From assembly GCA_048881705.1 (NCBI GenBank), contig JBHLSH010000034.1:1-37591 (forward strand): a DNA stretch of 37,591 bases, in the 5' to 3' direction. The stretch comes from Candidatus Heimdallarchaeota archaeon (GTDB lineage: Archaea > Asgardarchaeota > Heimdallarchaeia > Hodarchaeales > Hodarchaeaceae). The stretch's first letter is position 1. The number at the start of each line of letters is the position of its first letter. Positions 8,764 through 16,639 of this stretch are shown here, piece after piece. The position numbers were made by a program, and so were the translations under genes. The notes under the pieces were generated by a model. The model was not told the origin of the DNA and did no database searches. It saw nothing but the letters and a program-made list of their open reading frames with translations.

Positions 8764-8779
8764 ATCCGAGGTTGTGCGC

Positions 8780-9778
8780 CTATAAACGTATTTTCTCGAA
8801 TGCTATTTCAGGGCGACGGGAATCAGGAGCTACTACTTCTTTCCAGAGTGTAAATGGGATTAATCTCTGTTTACCAAAATCCGTAACTACAATCCCCGGA
8901 TATTTCTGAAGAACCTGGAGCGCAGTCCAGGAAAACCCTTTTTGTGATACTAAAAAGATTTCGGAAACGCCATTAAACTTGGATTGATCATCAGGGTTGA
9001 GTAATGGCCGAATTACTTTCTCCAGGTCTATAACCTCCGCAACACCTGGGAAACAATATATCCAGATTCGCATACCATTTGGATCATATGCCAACATGTC
9101 AGCAGGCCCTGATTGAACCAAAGCCCCCGAGGGAGAAATGAAAAGAATACTGGCAATGTTCGCTGCGTAGACAGAAAACCGGAGAGCAAGACCACCTTCA
9201 ATGGTTGGATCCCGACCGACCAAGACTGCATGAAGAATTTCAATAAAATTCGGTGATACACTTCCAAGAGTGACGAGGATTGAATCCGGGTCACCATTGA
9301 GGTTTGAAAGAACTGTTTCACTGATTCCGAAATCTCTTGCAAAATTGGTTATGATCTGGGGTGTAAGCCCTGATAAATGAGTTAATTCGGTAATAAGGGA
9401 CTGGTGAAAAGCACTAATAGATTTAAGATCATAAAGCAATGATAATGAAGATTTAATCTTGATTCTTGGAAGTAAAGATGGCCTAAACTTCCCGCTCCGG
9501 CTAAGTAATTTGTTATCCATTAGAAATCTAGCTTTTTCTAATGCTATCTCATCAAAAGGTTTGGGGATCAGCTCATTTCCGCATTCTACGCAAAATAGCT
9601 CAGATTCTTCAGATCCGGGTTTTAAAAACCGTTCAGCTACTCCAACTTCACAAAAATACGCGGACCGACAGGTTGCACAGTAATGAGCTGTACTGTCATC
9701 ATCAATGTTTCGGCTCCTACCTCTAGGTTCAATGCAGGTCGTGCAACGCGCATCACAGTGTATTTTCATTTCCGCCAA
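8780..9778 (-). CDS. Cys-rich cross-brace-type zinc finger + helical linker + degenerate Mrr/PD-(D/E)xK-like C-terminal domain
   Basis: Cys at residues 8, 12, 15, 34, 37, 43, 63, 66. C-terminal PADMLAYD…IWIYCF…EIFLVSQKGFSWTA resembles the Mrr catalytic fold without the (E/Q)xK residues. Start TTG 9778 or ATG 9769. Confidence 0.55.
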   Translation of the reverse strand: MAEMKIHCDARCTTCIEPRGRSRNIDDDSTAHYCATCRSAYFCEVGVAERFLKPGSEESELFCVECGNELIPKPFDEIALEKARFLMDNKLLSRSGKFRPSLLPRIKIKSSLSLLYDLKSISAFHQSLITELTHLSGLTPQIITNFARDFGISETVLSNLNGDPDSILVTLGSVSPNFIEILHAVLVGRDPTIEGGLALRFSVYAANIASILFISPSGALVQSGPADMLAYDPNGMRIWIYCFPGVAEVIDLEKVIRPLLNPDDQSKFNGVSEIFLVSQKGFSWTALQVLQKYPGIVVTDFGKQRLIPFTLWKEVVAPDSRRPEIAFEKIRL

Positions 9779-9862
9779 AACCAGATTCCTTAGGGTCAGT
9801 AAACACCCTCAACACCATCGTATTTAAATTTTGTCCATCGCTCCTCTGAATGAGAAGAGGAA

Positions 9863-10219
9863 CTATCGTATTCTCTGTAGAACCGATAGTACTCGTTTTT
9901 TGTTTCGTGATAGCCAACTAGGGTTTACATCAAGAGCTTTTGCTATAGTTGCTATTGACAAGTGCTCGTTATTTCTCTGGCAAACCATATAACTGAGTAT
10001 CCCCACAAGTGTACGTGCATGTAGCCTTGATTCGGGGTTCTCCTCATAGTAATAATAAATTCCAGCCTTAATATTGGAAATGGTTCTTTTGCTGAGGGAT
10101 AAATCGTACTTCAATATATCAAGAACTTCAAGTGCTTCTTCGCGAGCGGGACTTGAACTTTTATATGAGAAACGAAGGTTGTCATCTTGATTGGAATTAT
10201 TCAAGGTGTGAGCACTCAA
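9863..10219 (-). CDS. Stand-alone TFIIB/TFB-type cyclin-fold repeat (118 aa)
   Basis: ARTLVGILSYMVCQRNNEHLSIATIAKALDVNPSWLSRNKKRV matches the TFB repeat pattern (Y-x-A/V-C-R/Q…T/S-x-x-E/T-IA…V…HTH); no zinc ribbon and no second repeat. Confidence 0.72.
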   Translation of the reverse strand: MSAHTLNNSNQDDNLRFSYKSSSPAREEALEVLDILKYDLSLSKRTISNIKAGIYYYYEENPESRLHARTLVGILSYMVCQRNNEHLSIATIAKALDVNPSWLSRNKKRVLSVLQRIR

Positions 10220-10368
10220 TTGAATTTTCGGGATGTTATTAGTTAATAATATTCCGTTAAAGATGTAGAGAGAGGAGTGAAAATGACGAGATATGGAACG
10301 TTCTCAAGTTTGAGGCCCTTTAGGCCTTAGGGCAAAAAACCATTAACCTCAAACTTGCTGGTGGTCTT

Positions 10369-10797
10369 ATGAGGCACCAACATCAAAATATCGTAAAGAA
10401 TTACCTCCTTCGTTTATACCGGGGAGATGACATCTTCAATGAGATCGAAGAATTTTGTGAACGTTATAAGATAGAAGGAGGGATAATTCATGGAATGGGA
10501 GCTGTTTCAAAGGCCAATATCGGTTTTTTTGACGGGCAGAAGTATCTCGAAATGGTATTTGATGAGAATCTAGAAATTCTTGCTCTTTCTGGTAATATAG
10601 CAAAAGGGAAACAGCCCATTATACATCTTCATGGAGTATTCGGAAAAAGAGATGGTTCAAGTATCGGAGGCCACATCTTTCCCGGATGTGTCGTATCTGT
10701 AACTTGTGAAGTTAATATTCTTCAGACGAATCCGCCACCGACACGGACGCCTGATCCCAAAACTGGATTGAATCTGCTTGATCTGCCCGATAGCTAA
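10369..10797 (+). CDS. PPC/DUF296 domain protein (COG1661-like)
   Basis: LRLYRGDD, GMGAVSKANIG, LEILALSGNI, HLHGVFG and IGGH motifs. Confidence 0.9.
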   Translation: MRHQHQNIVKNYLLRLYRGDDIFNEIEEFCERYKIEGGIIHGMGAVSKANIGFFDGQKYLEMVFDENLEILALSGNIAKGKQPIIHLHGVFGKRDGSSIGGHIFPGCVVSVTCEVNILQTNPPPTRTPDPKTGLNLLDLPDS

Positions 10798-10843
10798 CGA
10801 AGCCAGCATTAATCACTCCAAATGTATTTATCATAGCACTAGA

Positions 10844-10850
10844 AAGGTGA
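10844..10850 (+). promoter_or_regulatory. Shine-Dalgarno site AAGGTGA for ridA
   Basis: 8 nt upstream of ATG 10859. Confidence 0.65.
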
Positions 10851-10858
10851 CAGACGCT

Positions 10859-11218
10859 ATGAAACAAGTAATTTCGGTCGGAACTACTTTGGGATCTTAT
10901 TCTCCTGCGATTCTTGCCACTGGCAGCAAACAGGTTTTCGTATCGGGACAAATTGCGGTTGACTTAGAATCTGATATTCGAACTCAGACCAGGCAAGCGA
11001 TCAAAAAAATCGAGGCCGTTCTCGAATCTGTAAGCTTCTATCTTAGTGACATCGTCAAAACAACGCTCTATCTGACTGATATCTCTCTATTTGATACAGT
11101 AAATAGGGAATATGCATTGTTTTTTCCCAGTGAGCCCCCCGCTCGCGTAACGGTTCAGGTGGCTGCTTTACCAAAAAACGCCCTTATCATGATTGACGCG
11201 ATTGCAGTAAGAGACTAA
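10859..11218 (+). CDS. ridA: RidA/YjgF/YER057c family enamine-imine deaminase
   Basis: YSPAI, VFVSGQI, DIVKTTLYLTD, N-x-x-Y-x-x-FF and PPARVTVQVAALP with the catalytic Arg. Start moved to ATG 10859 on RBS evidence (track starts at 10778). Confidence 0.92.
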   Translation: MKQVISVGTTLGSYSPAILATGSKQVFVSGQIAVDLESDIRTQTRQAIKKIEAVLESVSFYLSDIVKTTLYLTDISLFDTVNREYALFFPSEPPARVTVQVAALPKNALIMIDAIAVRD

Positions 11219-11248
11219 AGATTCCTATCACAGAAAAAGCGACATTGA

Positions 11249-13078
11249 CTACAGATATTCCACTTCTAGTTGGCCTGAGCTGTCCTCAATGCTTTTTGCT
11301 GCTGTAACCAGAATATAGGGCACCTCACGTTGGACAAGGTAATCGAGAATCATTGAAAATCGACTGGGATCGTAATCCAGCGTAACTTTGTCCAAGCAGA
11401 AAATTGGATAATCCTTCACGTATTCCTCACGTCCTGCAAGCATGCAGATTAAAGCAATCGTTATCCGCTCGGAATCACTCAATGATTCGATAGGCTGATC
11501 AATGGTAGCGCCTCTCCTTTTTCGCTTCACAATAAGGCGAAACTCGTTATCGATTTTGATTTCTTCGAAATCTTGAAACTTTAGTCGAGAATAAACGAAC
11601 TTGATCTGAGCGTTGAAGTTTTCAAGAACTAGCATTTTAACAATTTTTTCCCTAGATTCAAGATGTTCTTGAAATATCTCGTAAAATTCATGCTCGGCCT
11701 GAACCAGATCCGCCTGGTCCATTCGATCAGATTTTTCACCAATCTGCTTTTCTACGTGTTCAATTTTTCCCGAAATCCGTTGGATTTTTGCGTCAAGGTC
11801 AGTAATCAATTCGATTTTAGTTTTTAAATCGTCGTCGATCGATTTTTCTAGAATTTTCAATTCTGATGATTTTATCTCCAAGGTTTTTTCACTGGAATCT
11901 ATCTCCTCCTCCTTTTCCTGCATCTCACGGTTAAGACGACGGATTTCTTTTTGAGCTTTGTTTATCCTAAGTTGATTGTCATTTTTTATTCGGTGAACTT
12001 GTAATTCAAGATCTTCCTTTCTACGCTCCAAATCATCAATCTGAAATTCATATTCCCTCATTCGCTTGGATTGGTGCGAATCTTCGACCAGTAGTTTGTC
12101 TTCTCGATTTTTCGCATTTTTTTCGCTATAGGGGCGTCCGCAAATTATACATTTAGACAAATCCATTGAACGACTTAGAGAAATCCAGTTCCTCACCTCT
12201 TTAATTGCCTTCTCTGTTTCTCGTTTCTCTTGTTTGACTTCTTGAAGGAACTTCCGTGTTTCTTTTGTTCGGGTTATCAGATGGCTTATTTCCTGCTCCA
12301 CCCGAGGATGATCATTCATGAAATTCTTGATTTCCTCCTCCATCCGATCTGAGAGCTTTTGTTGATCGCGTATTCTCGCCTTGTCTAGTTTAATTATATC
12401 TTGAGCCGCCTCGATTTTGTTTTTTAGGTTGGCAACTTCTTTCGTGAGCTCTTGGAAACGTGCCTCCGAATCCTTAAGGGATTGAATTTCCTCAAGGTTA
12501 ATTTTTGGGAGGGATCTTCTCTCTTTTTCCGTATTACTAAGCTCTCGCTCCAGATTCGATCGTTCTTTTCTTAAATTCTCAACGTCCGACTCATAAACTA
12601 AATAAATTCGGAGATCTTTCTTTAAACTTGAAAGACGATTCTTTATGACTGATATGAGATAAGAATAATACTTTACATCTGAGTATTGGGTAAGAAGTTC
12701 TTCTAAATTTCTTCCTGTGGTAATGGAAGTTATAAGTTTGTTGTCTGGAGTTGCCAAGCTAAAAAGATTCACTTTCTGGTTCTCGGGATGGAAGGTACCT
12801 CCAACCACCGTGATCTTTTTACCGTCAATATTAAAATGTCTCTCTGTTTTCCCATAACCTTCCATATCTAGTTTGACTGAACTTGATTTTGTGAATAGAT
12901 TGAAATAGTATCTTCTCTTTGATATTTTACTATCAGGCATATTAAGAAGTTCGATTCCACGAACAAATGATGATTTCCCAATCGCGTTAGGTGCTGTAAT
13001 CAAGTTCTTGCCCTGTCGGAAGTTAAGAGTAAGTTCATCTATGCCCCCAATATTTTGTAATGTTATAGTAAGTGTCAT
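11249..13078 (-). CDS. Archaea-specific SMC-related ATPase (Sph-like) with central CxxC zinc hook (609 aa)
   Basis: N-head TLQNIGGI…APNAIGKSS; two coiled-coil arms around CIICG (Cys310/313); C-head SLSDSERITIALICMLAG…PIFCLDKV…DPSR, resembling the haloarchaeal Sph pattern LSESE…LAG…PFxLLDS as I recall it. Confidence 0.85.
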   Translation of the reverse strand: MTLTITLQNIGGIDELTLNFRQGKNLITAPNAIGKSSFVRGIELLNMPDSKISKRRYYFNLFTKSSSVKLDMEGYGKTERHFNIDGKKITVVGGTFHPENQKVNLFSLATPDNKLITSITTGRNLEELLTQYSDVKYYSYLISVIKNRLSSLKKDLRIYLVYESDVENLRKERSNLERELSNTEKERRSLPKINLEEIQSLKDSEARFQELTKEVANLKNKIEAAQDIIKLDKARIRDQQKLSDRMEEEIKNFMNDHPRVEQEISHLITRTKETRKFLQEVKQEKRETEKAIKEVRNWISLSRSMDLSKCIICGRPYSEKNAKNREDKLLVEDSHQSKRMREYEFQIDDLERRKEDLELQVHRIKNDNQLRINKAQKEIRRLNREMQEKEEEIDSSEKTLEIKSSELKILEKSIDDDLKTKIELITDLDAKIQRISGKIEHVEKQIGEKSDRMDQADLVQAEHEFYEIFQEHLESREKIVKMLVLENFNAQIKFVYSRLKFQDFEEIKIDNEFRLIVKRKRRGATIDQPIESLSDSERITIALICMLAGREEYVKDYPIFCLDKVTLDYDPSRFSMILDYLVQREVPYILVTAAKSIEDSSGQLEVEYL

Positions 13079-13266
13079 TATGTCTCATCGCGCCATTTTA
13101 AAGCATAGGATTGAAGCTTTTTAAAGAGGGGATCAGAAGTTTTTAAGGAAGTTGCGGGCAGCGAACCCAGTTCTTTCAAATGAAGAACTAGTTGTTCCTC
13201 TACGTGGCTGAGAAGCTTTTTCTTTTTCTCTGACAACCTTTCGACCTCTTCCTTTCTTTTCGGCAT
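13078..13266 (-). CDS. Small basic helical protein (62 aa), translationally coupled to the SMC-like gene
   Basis: Its TAA overlaps the SMC ATG (TAATG at 13076-13080 on the minus strand); lies 12 nt after the upstream gene. Confidence 0.65.
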   Translation of the reverse strand: MPKRKEEVERLSEKKKKLLSHVEEQLVLHLKELGSLPATSLKTSDPLFKKLQSYALKWRDET

Positions 13267-13278
13267 GTTTGTGCCTCT

Positions 13279-13635
13279 TTAACGCAGGCTTAATAGGACC
13301 GAGAATCGTTTTTTCTCTAACTGGTCAAGTGTGGTGAAAAACTCTGGATCATCAATCGCGCTATCCATTGCATCAAGACCTTCCCTTTCGACATGGAATG
13401 CCACTTTTGTCAAGTCTGAATCGTTCTCCAAGTCATCCAGGCGTACAGGTTCTAATACGGAGATTTCAATGTTGCCCCTTTCCTTTCGCCACTCAGTCAA
13501 TATCAATGCTAAGGTTTTTCCACAATTACGCATTGTAAATACGCCCTCACTAATCTTTTCAACAAAAAGCTCAGGATATTGCGTATAAAATCGACTCCAC
13601 TTTCTACGTAATTGGGTTGTACGCGTGTACACCAA
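13279..13635 (-). CDS. Hypothetical protein (118 aa), first gene of the SMC-like operon
   Basis: Same strand, 12-nt gap to the next gene, plausible alpha/beta composition; TTG/GTG start. Confidence 0.65.
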   Translation of the reverse strand: MVYTRTTQLRRKWSRFYTQYPELFVEKISEGVFTMRNCGKTLALILTEWRKERGNIEISVLEPVRLDDLENDSDLTKVAFHVEREGLDAMDSAIDDPEFFTTLDQLEKKRFSVLLSLR

Positions 13636-14113
13636 GATAAATGCTATAAACTACACCTCCAATTGCCACTATCCGACGTTCAGACCGATTTTGGAAGGAT
13701 GCGGTACGTTCCACCTTATAGGTTAATATTTTTGCCCACTTGGGAAGGAAACAGTTTGTCGACACCGAGAAATCAGATTTATCTTTCCAGATCTATGAAG
13801 AGGAACTTGGCAATCGTAAGGTTAAGAGAAATATGGATTAAAATGTCGGTTCATGACACTGTATAAGGAAATCTCATCCCAATTTTAAACGTATACTGTT
13901 TTCATCCTGGGAAAAGGGAGTGATTTCCATAAGGTTGCTTCCAACTTTAAATGCCATTCTTTTTTTTTCTGCACATTAAGGACATTTGCTATTGCTTTTC
14001 AATGGCATAAACCATAAAAGATATTTATTTGATTTTGCGTGGACTTCATTCAGCTAAGGATTTTTTAATGCCATAATCGCGGTTTTAGGGCGTTTTACGG
14101 GAATAGTTGCCAT

Positions 14114-14908
14114 ATGAATAAGGAAAGCGAAAAATACATCGATATCCACTGCCATCTTCCCGTGAACTACTTTTATCGAAAAATCGACACATTGATGGAA
14201 CAGTATAAACTCAAGGGAATCCAAAAAATAGTCTCGATGAGCCAGGATCATAAGGAAGCAAGAAGGTCCTTAGAACTCGCACACAAGTTTCCTTCTTGTA
14301 TAATTCCGACTCTCGGAATTCACCCTTGGAAAGCTCACAAGAAACTCAACGAACTTGAGATTTGTGATGAAATACTGGGACAAAACCCAAATATTCGTGT
14401 CTTGGGAGAAGTTGGGCTAGATTACCACTTTATAACTCAGCCAGCACGGTATACAAGTCAAAAGGAAGTGTTTAATCACTTTCTCAAATTAGCTGAACGT
14501 AGGCGACTTCCAATGATGCTCCATGTGAAAGGAGCAGAGAGCGAAGTTGCAGATTATATCGAAACCAGTAGTTTACCTGGAAACTTTTTTTGTATTCACT
14601 GGTTTTCGGGGCCAAGCCCTATCCTAGATCGCCTAGCCGATCTTGATTGTTATTTCTCCTGTGGTCCAGCTTTAGATTATTCTCCAAAACATCAGATGGT
14701 TGCAAAAGTTGTCCACCTCGATCGAATCCTAACCGAATCTGACGGAAATGTCAAATACCGAGGTAAAGTTGGACACCCTGGGCTTATGCCAAAGGTAATC
14801 GAGGCCATTTCCTCCCTCAAAAAACGCGATAGAGATGAGGTTCAGGATTCAGTTCTCAAAAATAGTTACAGATATCTCAAGATAACTATTCCCGAATTTT
14901 TGGAATGA
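14114..14908 (+). CDS. tatD: TatD family metal-dependent DNase/hydrolase
   Basis: DIHCHL, GIHPW, GEVGLDY, LHVKG, IHWFSG and LTESD motifs. Confidence 0.93.
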   Translation: MNKESEKYIDIHCHLPVNYFYRKIDTLMEQYKLKGIQKIVSMSQDHKEARRSLELAHKFPSCIIPTLGIHPWKAHKKLNELEICDEILGQNPNIRVLGEVGLDYHFITQPARYTSQKEVFNHFLKLAERRRLPMMLHVKGAESEVADYIETSSLPGNFFCIHWFSGPSPILDRLADLDCYFSCGPALDYSPKHQMVAKVVHLDRILTESDGNVKYRGKVGHPGLMPKVIEAISSLKKRDRDEVQDSVLKNSYRYLKITIPEFLE

Positions 14909-14914
14909 TATTCC

Positions 14915-14921
14915 TTTTTTT
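14915..14921 (+). terminator. Candidate archaeal oligo-T terminator after tatD
   Basis: T7 run starting 7 nt after the TGA, in a convergent gap. Confidence 0.45.
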
Positions 14922-14935
14922 ATGCGCAGATTATA

Positions 14936-15232
14936 TCATCCGTTTTTAACTCCGCTATTCACAATAGAGCAGGTTGAACTGTGCCTTGGCTTTTTGTAGC
15001 CGCATAATGAACAGAAATCAGGCCTGGTGTATACAGGAATTCCTTCTTTACGGATCTGTGAAACACGATGCAGTGGAATGGAATCTTCACGCTGTCTTGT
15101 TAGGAATTCGTGAAACGATAGTTCAATGAAATCATTAAAATCACGGAAAACAATAGAGTATCGGCCTTGATCTTCATTACCATATAGGATACGGGAAAAC
15201 CATTCCTCTAGTTGACCTTTTTTTCTAGGCAT
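14936..15232 (-). CDS. DUF504/MJ1316-type putative RNA-end recognition domain with C-terminal Cys/His tail
   Basis: Y-x-I-x-FRD…IPLHRVSQIRKEGIPVY is the DUF504 signature; tail CSLCG…HSSTC. Confidence 0.75.
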   Translation of the reverse strand: MPRKKGQLEEWFSRILYGNEDQGRYSIVFRDFNDFIELSFHEFLTRQREDSIPLHRVSQIRKEGIPVYTRPDFCSLCGYKKPRHSSTCSIVNSGVKNG

Positions 15233-15355
15233 TCACTTTGTCTTTCCTATTTTGGAAATTACATGGAGAATAATTCATACCCCCTTGGTTGTTTCGAATA
15301 CCAATTTCCCATACCAGACAGCCCCTGAATTAAAACCAAATAGTCTAAATGATTA

Positions 15356-16321
15356 TCATTGAATCAGATTTTGAGCGAATTCTTGCTTGAGAAACTTCAC
15401 GATAAAATCCTTGGGGAACAGCGATTTTCCCTCCTCCTTCAACATAACTAAATCTTTTGAAAAAGATGATTCAATATAGTTCAGAAAGGATTCCGCAATT
15501 ACTCTGGAAGTTACTGGGTCGGATTTTTTATCTGTTACTATTGCACACATGACACCTTCACGCTTTACCATGAGAATACGCCCGCTTTCAGTAGTAACAG
15601 AGTTAAGTCCCTCGCTTGGACCAATCACACCACTTGCAAATTGATCTAGGGCGTATAAAAACCCTGGAACAACATCCTCGCTTAGCTCACCACCATTGTT
15701 GCTGGTAAATCGGTGGGATGCAATTGGAATACCCGTAGGAAGATATAGATATATTCCAACCAGTTTTATTTTCTTCTGTGAAACATCTTGAATGATCTTT
15801 TGAGAAAACCAATCGAAAGCATCGGTTAAGTTTTTACCGCTTTTGTTAGAAACTTCGAAAAGACGAAAAGATCTGGCAGAATTTTGCTTAGGAAGATTTG
15901 CAAGCCCGATACGGTCTATCAGTTCATCTAACTCGATGTGGGGTAAATCCGATTTGTTCGCAAGGATAAGTAAAGGAACTCTAGTATTCCACTCAAGGCA
16001 TTTCCAGAACCAATTTGTGGCTTCAGCAAGCTTGTTCTGATCGTTCACATCGATGACGAATATTATACCTTGAGACAACTGTACATAAGTCTTCCAAAAT
16101 AACTCACGAAACTTGAGATGACCTCCCAGATCAAAAAGTTGAAAGAGCTGACCACGAATATCAGCTGTTTCTACATCTAGTCCCCTAGTAACTGTATAAG
16201 CTGGTTCGAAACGTCCCGTTTGGAGTCGGTTCGTCAGAGTGGTCTTTCCCGCGTTTTCGAGTCCCACAATGGCTATGGGGATTCGCTTCTCTGAATTTTC
16301 TTGCAATTTCAACCTATCCAC
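15356..16321 (-). CDS. Arf/Sar1-family small GTPase fused to a C-terminal longin-like domain
   Basis: G1 GLENAGKTT, G3 FDLGGH, G4 NKSD, G5 VSNK. C-terminal GIYLYLPTGIPIASHRF…VVPGFLYALDQFASGV…ILMVKREGVMCAIVT is longin-like. GTG start is directly preceded by an in-frame TAA. Confidence 0.88.
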   Translation of the reverse strand: MDRLKLQENSEKRIPIAIVGLENAGKTTLTNRLQTGRFEPAYTVTRGLDVETADIRGQLFQLFDLGGHLKFRELFWKTYVQLSQGIIFVIDVNDQNKLAEATNWFWKCLEWNTRVPLLILANKSDLPHIELDELIDRIGLANLPKQNSARSFRLFEVSNKSGKNLTDAFDWFSQKIIQDVSQKKIKLVGIYLYLPTGIPIASHRFTSNNGGELSEDVVPGFLYALDQFASGVIGPSEGLNSVTTESGRILMVKREGVMCAIVTDKKSDPVTSRVIAESFLNYIESSFSKDLVMLKEEGKSLFPKDFIVKFLKQEFAQNLIQ

Positions 16322-16639
16322 TTATACAGGCCGATTCTTACGGAACCTACTAATTTTGTCCTTTATTACCACTCGCCTTTCTTGATTCAGACCTGGTTTT
16401 AAAACTGATCTAAAGAATTCATACTAATGATTTATCAGATCGGAGTTTACGTTTGTAATATCAGCTCCCGGATGAATTTGAACTATTTATAACCAGAAAC
16501 TTCAATAGGACAAGATAGGAAATTCGATGGTACACTAGCGAATTTTGACCCCGCAAACGGATGGCTTTATCCAGAGGTTTTTATCATCGTCACGATCGAA
16601 ATTGAAGGCTATCAGGATTTCATTGAATCCTCAAGCAAA

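Noticed and set aside
8255-9726. Short track ORFs overlapping the GTPase and zinc-finger genes
   Set aside because: Shadow frames of motif-supported genes.
8780-10219. Split TFB (zinc ribbon in one gene, cyclin repeat in the other)
   Set aside because: The Cys pattern is an eight-Cys cross-brace type rather than the TFB CPxCG ribbon, and the gene order is reversed.
13331-14251. Track ORFs 13331-13588, 13612-13866 and 14054-14251
   Set aside because: Antisense or intergenic frames without coding signal; 13636-14113 is best read as a divergent promoter region.
11249-14908. Calling the SMC operon a Wadjet or Lamassu defence system with TatD as effector
   Set aside because: No JetA/JetD or LmuA-type effector is recognisable, tatD is divergently transcribed and generic, and the head motifs fit Sph better. 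Kept only as an alternative hypothesis.
16322-16372. Short in-frame GTG ORF (MVIKDKISRFRKNRPV*) ending just before the Arf-like start, suggesting read-through
   Set aside because: TAA is not a recoded stop, and there is no SECIS or pyl evidence; likely chance.
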